Shown piece after piece: positions 49,819-63,179 of a DNA stretch of 64,000 bases. Below the pieces are notes generated by a model, which was not told where the DNA came from, did no database searches, and saw only the letters and a program-made list of their open reading frames with translations. A program made the position numbers and the translations under genes. The stretch is from Squalus acanthias. Lineage: Eukaryota. How positions within the stretch are numbered: the first letter of the stretch is position 1; each line of letters opens with the position of its first letter. The DNA is taken from the NCBI GenBank assembly GCA_030390025.1, contig CM059432.1:23500001-23564000 (forward strand), given 5' to 3'.

Positions 49819-52544
49819 AATCATAGAATGGTTACAGCACAGAAGGAGGCCATTCGGCCTGTCGAGCTCATCCCGGCTCTCTGCAAAAGCACTTCAGCTA
49901 GTCCCACTCCCCGCCCTTTCCACATAGCCCTGCAAATGCGTTTCCTTCAGGCATTTATCCAATTCCCTTTTGAAATCCACAATTGAATCTGCTTCCACCA
50001 GCATCTCAGGCAGTGCATTCCAGATCCTAACCACTCGCTGCGTAAAAAAAGTTTTTCCTCATGTCGCCTTTGGTTCTTCACCTTAAATCACCTTAAATCT
50101 GTGTCCTCTGGTTCTCAACCTTTCCGCCAATGGGAACAGTTTCTCCTATCTACTCTGTCTAGACCCCATATCATTTTGAACCCCCCCCCCCGCTATCAAA
50201 TCTCCTCTCAACCTTCTCTGCTCTAAGGAGAACAACCACAGCTTCTCCAGTCTATCCATGTAACTGAAGTCCCTCATCCCTGGAACCATTCTTGTAAATC
50301 TTTTCTGCACCCTCTCTAAGGCCTTCTCATCCTTCCTAATGTGCAGTGCCCAGAATTGGACACAGTACTCCAGTTGAGGCCGATCCAGTGTTTTATAAAG
50401 GTTCATCATAACTGCCTTGCTTTTGTACTCTACGCCTCTATTTACGAAGCCCAGGATCCCGTATTCCTTTTTACACACTTTCTCAACCTGCCCTGTCACT
50501 TCAACGATTTGTGGACATATACCCCCAGGTGTCTGTTCATGCACCCCCTTTAGAATTGTACCATTTAGTTTATATTGCTTCTCCTCGTTCTTCCTACCAA
50601 AATGTATCACTTCGCACTTTTCTGCGTTAAATTTCATCTGTCATGTGTCCGCACATTCAACCAGCCTGTCTATATGTTCTTGACGTCTATCACTATCCTC
50701 CCCACTGTTCACTATACTTCCAAGTTTTGTGTCATCTGCATATTTTGAAATTGTGCGCTGTACCCCCAAGTCTAAGTCATTAATATATATCAAGAAAAGC
50801 AGTGGTCCTAGTACCGACCCCTGGGGAACACCACTGTATACCTTCCTCCAGTCTGAAAAACAACCGTTCACCACTACTCTCTGTTTCCTGTCACTTAGCC
50901 AATTTTGTATCCATGCTGCCACTGTCCCTATTATTCCATGGGCTTCAACTTTGCTGGCAGGCCTATTATGTCGCACTTTATCAGACACCTTTTGGAAGTC
51001 CATGTACACATCAACCGCATTGCCCTTATCAACCCTCTCTTATACCTCATCAGAAAACTCAATCAAGTTATTTAAACACGATTTGCCTTTAACAAATCCA
51101 TACTTGTCCAAGTGATTGTTAATTTTGTCCCAGATTATTGTTTCTGAAAGCTTCCCCACTATAGACCCCTAAACAGTCATTTGCAGTTTACAGTTTAGTA
51201 ATGTAGGGCAGAGTATAAATCAGGAAATTAGAGGCGCATGTAACAAGGGTAATACAGTAATCATGGGGGACTTTAATCTACATATAGACTGGGCAAACCA
51301 AATTTGCAGTAATAGTGTGGAGAACGAATTCATGGAACGTATGCATGATAGTTTTCTAGATCAGTATGTTGAGGAACCAACTCGGGAACAGGCTATTTTA
51401 GATTTAGTATTGTGTAATGAGAAAGGGTTAATTAATAACCTTTTAGTAGTTTAGGGCCTTTAGGGAAGAGTGACCATAATATAATTTTATATTGAGTTTG
51501 AAAGTGATTTAGTTAAATCTGAAATTAGGGTCTTAAATCTCAACAAAGCAAGCTACGTAGGTATGAGTGGCGAGTTGGCTAAGGTAGATTGGGAAACTAC
51601 ATTAAAAGGTTTGATGCTAGATAAGCAATGGCTAGCATTTAAAGAATGAATACATAATTTACAACAAATACACATTCTTTTATGGCACAAAAAACCCCAC
51701 AGGAAAAGTGGTCCAACCATGGCTAATAAGAGAAGTTAAAGATAGTATTAGATCAAAGGAAGAGGCTTATCATGTTCCCAAAAGGAGTAGTAAGCCTGAG
51801 GATTGGAAGGATTTTAGAATTCAGCAAAGGAGGACCAAGAAACTGATAAAGAATATGAGAGTAAACTAGCAAGAGACATAAAAACAGACTGTAAAAGCTT
51901 CTATAGGTATGTAAAAAGGAAAAGATTAACAAAAGTAAATGGTGCATTACAGGCTGAGACAGGAGAAATTATATTGGGGAATAAGGAAATGGCAGAGAAA
52001 TTAAACAAACACTTTGGCCGCGATTTTGCCGGTGCTCAGAGGGCGGGTTTGGAGGCGGGTCAGGAGTGAAAATCTAAATGATTGACGGCGAGTTGCGAAC
52101 CCGCCTCCACGCAACTTTGCAAAGTGTCGGGGTCTGGGAGTCCCGATCAGACCCGACACCAAGCGGCGGGAGAGGCACTTAAGGCAGTTAACAGCTTGTT
52201 AACTGCCTACATAATCCTATTTTTACAGGCTCTTCCCATTTTACTACATTTTCAGCATGTTGCATGTTGTGCGCTAAACAAGCCAGCTGATTGTGCCGGG
52301 TTCAGCAAGTAGCTGAATTCTTGACAGCTGCTCCTGCAGCATAAAAGCGGACCTGTAACATGGCTGACTTTCAGATGGCAGGACTTTGTGTTTTGAGGTG
52401 TTGGAACACATTTTGCAGGTCTACTGAGCTTGTCAGTGTTTAAGCTGAGATCCATATGCACTGTGACCTCCTTGGAAAACCCTCTCCCCATATTGCCTGA
52501 GCGCTTATAACATCTATTCCTCAACTGAGATATATACCAGCGGA

Positions 52545-53762
52545 ATGGGAACCATTTATACCCCCTCATCCTGGTCCTCAGAATCGGAGGAAGAGCAGCC
52601 GCGGCAGCAGCAGAACCAGGCACAACAGCAGCAGCAACAATAGGAGCACCAACCTTCGTCTCAGCCACCTGATGCTGCACAGGGTAGAGGGCATCAGCGC
52701 AGGGCTGCACGGCGCCGCAGGAGATACCCCCAACACAGGGTTTACAGGCAGAGGATGAGCTTCCTCAACATGAGTGAGCAGCAGTGCCAAAGAAAGCTGA
52801 GACTTTCGCGAGAGGTAGTCGCTGACATCTGCACAATGCTGCACCAACACCTGGAACCCAGAGGAGCGGGTGGACACACCTTAGCAGTGGCTGTCAAAGT
52901 CCCACCGCACTCAACTTTTTTGCTTCCGGATTCTTCCAGGGATCAGCAGCAGACATCAGCGGCATCTCCCAGTTGGCTGCACACACTTGCATCACTCAGG
53001 TTACCGATGCCCTCTTTACAAAGTCGCACAGTTACATCTACTTCTCCACAGATGAAGCAAGTGTAACTGTGCGTGCGGTTGGCTTTGCAAATATGGCAGG
53101 CTTCCCAAGGGTGCAGGGCATCGTAGACTGCACACATGTGGCCATTAGGGCACCCCATCACAACCCAGCTGTATTTGTCAACTGCAAGGGCTTCCACTCC
53201 CTTAACGTCCAGCTGGTGTGTAACCACAGGAAGAACATTATGCATGTTTGCGGCAAGTTCCCTGGCAGTTGCCATGACTTGTTCATCCTGCGGCAATCTA
53301 CTGTGCCTCAGCTCTTCAATCCGCCAACCCAACTTTCAGGATGGCTACTTGGAGACAAGGGCTATCCCCTGAATTATGGCTAATCACACCGATGAGGAGG
53401 TCATCAAACGAAGCTCAGGAGCGCTACAATCTGAGCCACATTTCCACCAGAAGCATCATAGAGCAAACCATCGGTTTACTCAAAATGCGATTCAGATGCC
53501 TCGACAGATCTGGTGGAGCTCTACAGTACTCACCAGCCAGGGTCTACAGAATCATCGCGGTCTGCTGTGCACTGCACAGCATCGCACAACAGCGTGGCTT
53601 AGCACTGCCTGAGGAACAAGTGGCTCAGTGCACAGCTCCTCCTCCTCCTCCTCAGAGGAGGAGGAAGACCTTGCGGAGGCGGATGTGCCAGTTCCACCAG
53701 CATGCGAGCACATTGCTGGCCATGAGGCAAGTGATGCACTAATCCATGCCAGATTTGTGTAA
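52545..53762 (+). pseudogene. Harbinger (HARBI1-like) DDE transposase with about 3 frameshifts
   Basis: [71 protein letters not shown] residues present. Confidence 0.92.
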
Positions 53763-54056
53763 GTTTACGAAGCAAACACATGTGGCTGCCACATGGAAAT
53801 GAGTGTCTGGCCGACCTTCTTAACACACCATACAGCATCTGTTCAATAAATTGTGGGTTCCTATCACACTCACCACCATCATTACCAACAGATGAAAGGC
53901 GCCCTCACTGTGAGACTTCCATTTCTGGGCACACATAGGCCAACTCTTTGAATCTTTGCCATCACATATCTTTATTACAATTGAAATAACGATGATAATC
54001 TTCACTTTGTATTAGATCAAAACACCGAAGTGACTACCCTTGTGACTCTTTGTGTG

Positions 54057-55937
54057 TTAACTTTCTCTTGCGCGTGCTTCTACGTGGTGCTTCCCCTGTG
54101 GCTTCAGCAGATGTTGAGGCACCTTGCTCAATTTCATGCTGCACCTGCTTCGACACCTTTGGCGGACATCCTCTGGGTTTGGGAGCCTGGGAGGGCTCGG
54201 CAACAGTCTGCTCCTCCTGCAGCTGTGCAGGGGCTGAGACGAACATTTCATTTGGGTGAGGAATCTGGGGCACTGACCGAGGGCTCCACAGTGGCATGGG
54301 AGTGTGAGCGCTTGGAGAGGAGCCCACACTTCCTTGTTGTCGACCACCAACATCCCTCTCATGGTCGCCCGCACTTCACTGCTAGCAAGTGGCTGGAGAG
54401 CACCTTGCTGCACATCAGTGGGGCCTTGAGGACCCGTCTCTGTACTGACGGTCCATATAATGGGGACGTCCATGTACCTCTGGTTCCTCTCCTCAACAGA
54501 TGCCCATCTATCCTCCATAGCAAACCATCTATTTAGAAGAGTCACCATGTTCATTTGCGTCTGGCGATTTATGTCCTCCATGGAGGTTGCCATCCTTTCC
54601 ATGGCGGCACCTACATTCGCCATTGCGTGCACCACGGCATTACTCTTGTTTGAGATGGACTCCTCCATTCTCTGCAGACTCACAGTTACAGTGGTTGCAA
54701 ACCCTGTCAGAGACTCCTGCACTTGTTCCTGAAGTTCCAGCACCACTCTCTTTCTGGATGGCCCCAGAAGCACAGGGTCCACATGCAGCTGAGCAGAGCT
54801 AGGAGCGTCCCGCGCCCTCCAACGAGGACTCTCCACTGCTGTCCCTGTCTCCACCATGTACTGATGCTCACTTGTGAGCTGTGATACACCAGGTGACAAC
54901 ACTAATCTATCTCGCGAATGAGCCACCAAGGCGTGCGTCTCTGCGCTGGTGCTGGGCGCGCTTAATTCTGCTGATGCTGCACCCTCAGAGGTTGCAGCTT
55001 CCTCTGAGGAGTCTTCCGGCTCTTCCTCCTGGACAGTGGGGAGGGGGGCTCTCGATGGTCCTGTGGGGGAGTAAAGGCATGAGTTAGACATGTGATATTA
55101 ACGTAGCAGACACATCCAATTGTGCAGATGATCAGAACTCAATCTGTATGAACATCAGATGCCATATCAGTCACTCATGCAATCTAAATGAGAGGGTTAC
55201 AAATCTATTCTGTCACCAGCTTGCTCGACTGCGCCCATTTCTCCGTCGGCCACTTCCAGCTCCTCAGCACCTCCGATGATGTCGAGAGCAGCCTCCTCAG
55301 TGGTGATCAAGTGCGCAATGGAAGGTGGCCCTCCTCCTGTCCTGCCCCTCTCCCTCTTATTGTGGGCTCTCTTTTCCTGCAATGAGGGACACAAGTGGAG
55401 TTTATTGGAGTGAGTGTAGAGAATCCATAGCATAGATGCTTAGAGGGAGACAAAGATGGAGTGAGGTGCCAATACCAAGGGCCCTCCCTGTGCGTTGTTA
55501 GTTGTTGTCATTGCATAACAGTGATAGCGAGTGTGAGGGGTGCATAGTAGATGGTGAAGTAATTCTGTACATAGAGAGAGAGGGATGGTTAAGGGTGCAA
55601 GGGATGTAAGGGTAAGTTGGGATGTGCAGGAGTAGGTTGACAATGCAGATGAGAGGAGATGGGGAGCAGATTGTAGGTAAGTGTGATGTTATACTGGCTT
55701 TTGCTGAGTGTAGCAGGCCATTGAACCTTTTCCTGCACTGAACCCAGGTACGTGCACACAAAGACCTGGTGCTAACCTCCTCAGCAATTTACAGCCAGGC
55801 TGCCTTGGTTTGCTGAGGAGGCTCCCTCTGTCCATTTGAGGGAACAGTACCTCTTGGCACCCTCTCACGCCCTCCACAAGAGCATGGAGGGAGTCATCAT
55901 CGAATCTTGGAGATGCCTTTGCTCATGAAGCAGTCAT
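54057..55937 (-). pseudogene. Harbinger Myb/SANT-like protein gene, 3 exons (55937-55699, 55376-55217, 55060-54057), degenerate in exon 1
   Basis: SPRFDDDSLHALVEGV...RTWVQCRKRFNGL; TTGCAG|EKRAHNKRERGRTGGGP...G|GTGACA; CCCCACAG|; 160-nt exon 2 joins the 344-aa ORF in frame. Confidence 0.85.
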
Positions 55938-58900
55938 CTCGCTATCTGCCACACTGAGAAGCATCAGAATATGAATGAAAAACCACAAGGTTGATGGGCC
56001 CCTTAAATGCAGCTGAATGGAAGACATCAGTAGAGGCGAGCAGCAGACCCGAACCCACTGATTGGGCTGGGTAACGCGCATGACGGCCTTAATAAGCCCA
56101 GTTAGTGGAAAATAGTTAATTCAGAGCGGCTGAAAACGGCAGCGGGACCGGAACCCGTCGAACAGCCAACCCGACTCCAACTCGCCGCCAATGGTAAAAT
56201 GTCTTCACGGAAGAAGACGCAAAAAACTTCCCGGAAATAGTGGAGAACCAAGGGTCTAGTGAGAATGAGGAACTGAAAGAAATTAGTATTAGCAAAAAAA
56301 TAGTATTGGAGAAATTAATGGGACTGAAAGCCGATAAATCCCCTGGACCTGATGGCATACATCTTAGTGTTTTGAACGAGGTGGCTATAGAGATAGTGGA
56401 TGCATTGGTTGTCATTTTCCAAAATTCCATAGATTATAGAACAGTTCCGGCGGATTGGAAGGTAGCAAATGTAATCCCACTATTTAAGAAAGGAGGGAGA
56501 GAGAAAACGGGGAACTACAGATCAGATAGCCTGACAGCAGTAGCAGGGAAAATGCTAGAATCTATTATTAAGGACGTGGTTACAGGGCACTTAGAAAATA
56601 ATAATAGGATTGGGCAGAGTTAACACGGATTTATGAAAGGGAAATCGTGTTTGACAAATCTGTTAGAGTTTTTTGAGGTTGTAATTAGCAGAATAGATAA
56701 GGGGGAATCAGTGGATGTGGTGTATTTGGATTTTCAGAAGGCATTCGATAAGGTGCCACACAAGAGGTTATTAAATTAAATTAGGGCTCATGGGATTGGG
56801 GGTAATATATTAGCATGGATTGAGGATTGGTTAATGGACAGAAAATAGAGAGTAGGTATAAACGGATCATTTTCGCGTTGGGAGGCTGTAACTAGTGGGG
56901 TACCGCAAGGATCAGTGCTTGGGCCTCAGCTATTCACAATCTATATCAATGATTTGGATGAGGAGACCAAATGTAATATATCCAAGTTTGCTGATGATAC
57001 AAAGCTAGGTGGGAATGTAAGTTGTGAGGAGGATGCAAAGAGGCTTCAGGGGATATAGACAAGCTAAGTGAGTGGGCAGGAACATGACAAATGGAATATA
57101 ATGTGGAGAAATGTGAAGTTATGCACTTTGACAGGAAAAATAGAAAGGCAGAGTATTTTTTAAATGGTGTGAGATTGGGAAATGTTGGTGTTCAGAGGGA
57201 CCTGGGTGTCCTTGTACACAAATCACTGAAAGTACTGCAGGTACAGCAAGCAATTAGGAAAGCAAATGGTATAATGGCCTTTATTACAAGAGGATTTGAG
57301 TATAAGAGTAAAGACGTCTTACTGCAAATATATCGGGCCCTGGTGAGACCACATCTGGAGTATTGTGTACAGTTTTGATATACTTGCCATAGAGGGAGTG
57401 CAACAAAGGTTCACCAGACTGATTCCTGGGATGGGGGATTGTCCTGTGAGGAGAGATTGAGTAGACTAGGCCTATATTCTCTGGAGTTTAGAAGAATGAG
57501 AGGTGATCTCATTGAAACGTACAAAATTCTTACAGGGCTTGACAGGGTAGATGCAGGGAGGATGTTTCCCCTGGCTGGGGAGTCTAGAACCAGGGGTCAC
57601 AGTCTCAGAATAAGGGGTCGGCCATTTAGGACTGAGATGAGGAGAAATTTTTTTCACTCAGAGGGTGGTGAATCTTTGGAATTCTCTACCCCAGATGTTC
57701 TGTGGAGGCTCAGTCGTTGAATATATTCAAGACAGAGATTGATAGATTTTTGGATATTAACAGAATCAAGGGATATGGGGATCATGCAGGAAAGTGGAGT
57801 TGAGTTAGAAGATCAGCCATGATCTTATTGAATGGCGGAGCAGGCTCAAGGGGCCAAATGGCCTACTCCTGCTCCTATTTCTTATGTTCTTATGCACTGA
57901 GGTTAAACTGGCTGGCCTGTAGTTGCTGGGTTTATCCTTACACCCTTTTTTGAACAAGGGTGTAACATTTGCAATTCTCCAGTCCTCTGGCACCACCCCC
58001 GTATCCCAAGAGGTTTGGAAGATTATGGCCAGTAGCTCCGCAATTTCCACCTTTACTTCCCTCAGCATCCTAGGATGCATCTCATCCGGTCCTGGTGACT
58101 TATCTACTTGAAGTACAGCCAGCCTTTCTAGTATCTGCTCCTTATCAATTTTTACCCCATCCAGTATCTGAACTACCTCATCTTTCACTATGACTTTGAC
58201 AGCATCTACTTCCTTGGTAAAGACAGATGCAAAGTACTCATTTAGTACCTCAGCCATGTCCTCTGCCTCCATGCGTAGGTCTCCTTTTTGGTCCCTAATC
58301 GACCCCTCCCCTCCGCTTACTACCCATTTACTATTTATATGCCTATAGAAGACTTTTGGATTCCCTTTTTATGTTTGCTACCAATCTATTCTCATACTCT
58401 CTCTTTGCCCCTCTTATTTTCTTTTTCACTTCCCCTCTGAATTTTCTATATTCAGCCTGGTTCTCACTTGTATTCTCAACCTAACATCTGTCATACACCC
58501 CCTTTTTCTGCTTCATCTTACTCTCTATCTCTTTCGTCATCCAGGGAGCTCTGGCTTTGGTTGGCCTACCTTTCCCCCGTGTGGGAATGTACCTCAACTG
58601 TACCCGAACCATCTCCTCTTTTAAAGGCAGCCGATTGTTCGATTACAGTTTTGCTTGCCAATCTTTGATTCCAATTTATCCGAGCCAGATCCATTCTCAA
58701 CCCACTGAAATTGGCCTTCCTGCAATTAAGTTTTTTTACTCCAGATTGCTCCCTGTCCTTTTCTATAGCTAGTCTAAACCTTATGACACTGTGATCACTG
58801 TTCCCTAAATGTTCCCCTACTGACACTTGCTCCACTTGACCCACCTCATTCCCCAGAACCAGATCCAGCAATGCCTTCTTCCTCGTTGGGCTGGAAACAT

Positions 58901-59994
58901 AACTGATCAAGAAAGTTCTTCAGAACTTCTTCCCCCTCTCTGCTCTTTACACTGTTACTATCCCAGTCTATATTAGGATAGTTGAAGTCCCCCATTATCA
59001 CTACTCTATAGTTCCTGCACCTCTCTGCAAATTTGCTCCTCCATATCCTTCCCACTAGTTGGTGGCCTATAGAATACACCTAGTAGTGTAATGGCACCTC
59101 TGTTGTTTCTCAATTCTAACCAAATAGATTCTGTCCTTGACCCCTCCAGGACATCCTCTCTCTCCAGCACTGTAATATACTCCTTAATCAATGCTGCCAC
59201 CCCATCTCCTTTCTTTCCTTCCCTATCTTTCCTGAACACCTTATATCTAGGAATATTTAGTACCCAATCCTGCCCTATTCAACGTGTTATATAAATGAAA
59301 GTTGTTGTCATCACTATCATTGTTGTGAGGATGTGGAATGTGTTCTATAACTCCAAATACTTTCTTACTTCACATATTAAATGAACATGTTAAATTTCTG
59401 GAAGTCAACAAAAAGTTGTGCCCTAGTTTGAAGAAATTCAGCTGAAGGATATGAAAATGATGATCATTTTTTTTGTATTCAAGGTACAAAGAAAGATTGT
59501 GAATGTTGGAAATATAAAATGCAAATAGAAAATGCTGTAAACCTACAGTATGTCTATCGGCACCTGAAAGAGCAAATGCAGGTTAATGTTTCAGGCGGGA
59601 ACCCTTCATCAAAACTGCTGCAGGCAGATTGAAGAGGCTGCCCAAAACAAAGAAGAGAAAGGAGAACAATTCCCCACTTTTATTTATTGAGCGTTCCTCT
59701 ACTGAGCAATTGTAGGAAGATCCATTGTCATATTAGGCCAAGGGAACAGCTTGATTGATGAGACAAAGAGTGCTATGATTTGGGAAAATGACCACTCCCT
59801 CCCCTCAAAACACAGAGGACAATTGTTGAGCTAAATTCTCCAGTGCCATGCTCCTAGTGGGGAGATGCATTTAAATGGAGTACGGGTTGGAGCGTTGGTG
59901 CTGCATTGTTGTACTATCTCTGATCTCCTTTGGAGTTGTGAATTTATTCTGTGCCATCTTGGATTTAGCCAACGTGGTATAGAAAGAAGAAAGA

Positions 59995-60428
59995 AAGACT
60001 TGCATTTATATAGCGACTTTCACGACCAGAGGACGTCTCAAAGCGCTTTACAGCCAATGAAGTACTATTTGAAATGGAGTCACTGTTGTAATGTGGAAAC
60101 GCAGCAGCCAATTTGCGCACAGCAAGGTCCCACAAACAGCAATGCGATAATGACCAGATAATCTTTCTTTTTGTTATGTTGGTTGAGGGATAAATATTGG
60201 CCAGGACACCGGGGATAGCTCCCCTGCTCTTCTTCAAAATAGTGCCATGGGATCTTTTACATCCATCCGAAAGACAACACCTCCGACAGTGCCGCACTCC
60301 CTCAGCACTGCACTGGAGTGTCAGCCTAGATTTATGTACTTAAGTTCCTGGAGTGGGACTTGAACCTACAACCTTCTGACTCAGAGGTGAGTGTGCTACC
60401 AACTGAGCCACAGCTCCACAGCTGACAC
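59995..60428 (-). mobile_element. SacSINE1-like Deu-domain SINE
   Basis: Reverse complement of the 38110 copy with an internal deletion. Confidence 0.87.
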
Positions 60429-61758
60429 AGTATAAGCAATGAATGAAGGTTCACTACATTTTATTATTTAACATTTTCTCAGTACTCTGCTTTTGGGGGA
60501 CATTGTTCTTGAATGCAGATATTATCTTCGTAATATGCTTTATAGTAATGGCGTATAACTGTAAAAGATGCACTTTAATTGAATAAGCTCTGGTGCTGCA
60601 GGCATGGTACAGCGCGGCTTCATCTCATTATAACTGTAGCTTTGTGTTAATAAATTGCTTTACTTTCTGAAATAAATTGTGCACTCAATATTCAAAACAA
60701 GACTAAATTTGTTTTTGGCCCACAATTCTTTCATGAGATTAAGCAATCAAAATGGTGAGAGGTTACGTGGCTTTGACAATAACATTCAATAGTTATAATA
60801 TCCTTTTTTGAAGCAGCTTTACACACAGTAATTGCTATTCTATGGATGTTTACTTTTGTCTGGAAATTTGAAACTATAATTGCATACGGTTTAAAAGCGC
60901 ACTTATTGTCAGTTCTATTTTTATACTGGAGTGTAATGCTGCAGACTTTTTGGTGAGAGTGTAACCATTTCAAGGAACACTGTAAGGTCATTTTACTGCG
61001 AGACGGTGTCTAGAACTATGAGATGCGGTTGCTCAGTCACTTGCCGAGTTAAGGTGACATTAGTTTTTCTTGTAACTTTTTTGAAAACATTTGTAGTGTG
61101 TATCTTTCCCCATTGCTGTAAAAGGAATGTTTAACAGAAGTAATTTGTACTGGTCCTCTGACTTTGGGACCGGAATTGGGAGCAGAGCAGGGAGTGGGGG
61201 AATGTTGTGTGTAGTGAGCAGTTAGCCAGAGATGAATGGTGAAGACAGATGAATATTCTGAAGTTTTGCTCGATTACCTCTGGAGATTATGGAGTATTTA
61301 TACAAAACTTTCCCTCTGGAGATTAATGGGTGGGGTATATTATATAAAAATCTGTGGAAGGAATAGGCTTGGTTGACTGTCTTTCATGCTTTCTTATCTA
61401 CTTTCCATGGTCAAAATGTTATCTATAATGTCATGTAGGATTCTCGATCCCTGATGTTAGCTATCTTGAAAAGCTGCAGGGAGATAAATGATAGTAGCCT
61501 AGGGTGAATTACTGTCTGTTTTTCTTTTCCCTACTGTCACTGTTCAGCTCTGCTTGACAGCCCTCCATGATAGCACAACCAACGCAGGTTGGATGAACCA
61601 TATTCTGTTGCTCTGTAATGCATCGCATTGGTGTGCCATCTCGTTGTCACTGACCCAATGCGAATGAGTTTGAAGTTTGGGTTGTCTTCCTTTGACCCTT
61701 GTTAAAGGATTTGACATGGTCAACCTTTTGGGATTCTCTGCAGATTCCCTGACAGAAG

Positions 61759-61761
<3 letters not shown>

Positions 61762-61788
<27 letters not shown>
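61762..61788. repeat. (TA)n microsatellite
   Basis: Visible run. Confidence 0.95.
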
Positions 61789-61792
<4 letters not shown>

Positions 61793-61944
61793 GATGGCAA
61801 ATAAAGTTGCTATGGTGATACTGAAGGTTCTTGACATTGATTAAACTAATATAGAATTCCTATAGAACACGTCAACAAGACATCATGTAACTGTACTAAT
61901 TTTTAGAAGGGAAGGGCGATACGTCTGCCCCTATTTAATAGTGA

Positions 61945-62768
61945 GAAGTCGCACAACACCAGGTTATAGTCCAACAGTTTTATTTGAAATCACAAGCTTT
62001 CGGAGCTATCGATCGCCCCTTCCTCAGGTGAAGTAAAGAGATACAGAATCGCCAAAGCATATATAGATAGAGAACAATGCATGTGTTACTTACAAAAGCA
62101 GACGACTACATTTAAATCACCCTGACTGTTTATCTGCCGAGGTGTGACAAAAGGCAATCAGGTCACATCAAAGACATAGCAAGATACAACTGAGACAATG
62201 AGGTGGAGCCACAGGGGGTCCAATGTGTCAAAAGCCGCAGTATGGGAAACGATAAACTTTAAAAATTTTACTTTTTTACTGGGAATCACATCTGTTAACA
62301 AGCCAACGGCGACTCGAGTCTGGATCACGTCATGTATCGTGACATAAACCCAAGACCCCGGTTGAGGCCGTCCTCATGAGTGCGGAACTTGGCTATCAGT
62401 TTCTGCTCGATGATTTTGTGTTGTCGTGTGTTTCTAAGGCCGCCTTGGAGAACGCTTACCCGCAGATCCGAGGCTGAATGTCCTTGACTGCTGAAGTGTT
62501 CCCCGACTGGGAGGGAACACTCCTGCCTGGTGATTGTTGCGCGGTGTCCGTTCATATGTTGTCTCAGTGTCTGCATGGTCTCGCCGATGTACCATGCCGC
62601 GGTGCATTCTTTCCTGCAATGTATGAGGTAGACAACGTTGGCCGAGTCACATGAGTATGTACCATGTACCTGGTGGGTAGTGTCCTCACGTGTGATGATG
62701 GTATCTGTGTTGATGATCTGGCATGTCTTGCAGAGGTTGCCGTGGCAGGGTTGTGTGGTGTCGTGGTA
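61945..62768 (-). mobile_element. Penelope-like element 3' part (GIY-YIG endonuclease + pseudo-LTR), different family from 35385
   Basis: PCHGNLCKTC...CDSANVVYLIHC...WYIGETMQTLRQHMNGHR...PVGEHF...EQKLIAKF...GLN. Confidence 0.9.
61990..62031 (-). ncRNA. Minimal type I hammerhead ribozyme motif
   Basis: UCAC-CUGAGGA-A-GGGGC-GAUCGAUA-GCUCC-GAAA-GC-UU-GUGA, followed by AAUAAA. Confidence 0.75.
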
Positions 62769-63179
62769 TTTAATAGGCCAACTCTTCTTGCCTCCTACTC
62801 ACTGAATCTGTCAATTCCTTCTTTCTCCACCAACGTATCTAATTGCCCCCGATCCAATTTATACCAATTGTTTCAGTGACTGTCCACAACTCTATTACCC
62901 ATTCTGTGAAACAGCTGTATGTGACTTCCCTTCTTACTCTTCACCTAAGTTTTAACCTGTCCTCTGGTCTTTGAACCTTTCACCATAGTGAATAATTTGT
63001 CCAGATCAGTTTTGTTAGTTTCTTTCTTAATTACTAAAAATTACAATTAGATCATATCAATCATCGGGTATTTCCCAAACACAAACCCCAATTTCTTTAT
63101 CCTTTCCAAATATTTTTTATTTCTAATAAAGAAAGAATTTGCATTTATGTAGCACCTTTCTTGTCCCATGCATTACTTT

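Larger units (their letters stand above)
52016..56200. mobile_element. Near full-length PIF/Harbinger transposon (element 2), right TIR clipped
   Basis: Left TIR GGCCGCGATTTTGCC; right end GGTAAAAT (partial complement); convergent transposase and Myb genes with AATAAA signals between them (+ ~53845, - ~53971). Confidence 0.9.
51160..57894 (+). mobile_element. CR1 LINE (middle), split by Harbinger element 2
   Basis: MGDFNLHIDW...MAEKLNKHF at 52015 resumes VFTEEDAKNF at 56201; [14 protein letters not shown]; (TTCTTATG)n tail. Confidence 0.93.
49820..59275 (-). mobile_element. CR1 LINE (outer), split into 57895-59275 (5' part) and 49820-51159 (3' part)
   Basis: 5' part ends NYRPASLTSV, 3' part resumes VGKLSETII; endonuclease motifs (GVFYRPP, MGDFNYPNIDW) and RT motifs (YADDTKL); tail ATTCTATGA at ~49821. 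Confidence 0.92.

Noticed and set aside
52545..53762. Domesticated host HARBI1 gene
   Set aside because: Frameshifted, lies within TIRs next to a Myb partner and is inserted in a LINE, so it is a transposon copy
54057..55091. 344-aa ORF as a standalone novel gene
   Set aside because: It is exon 3 of the Harbinger Myb/SANT gene; its ATG lies in the intron
61548..61587. 40-nt exon candidate (LCLTALHDSTTNA)
   Set aside because: Weak donor GTTGGA, competing AGs, unrecognised peptide
61693..61750. Hairpins as pre-miRNA
   Set aside because: Stems too short (~32 and ~20 nt); no recognisable mature miRNA
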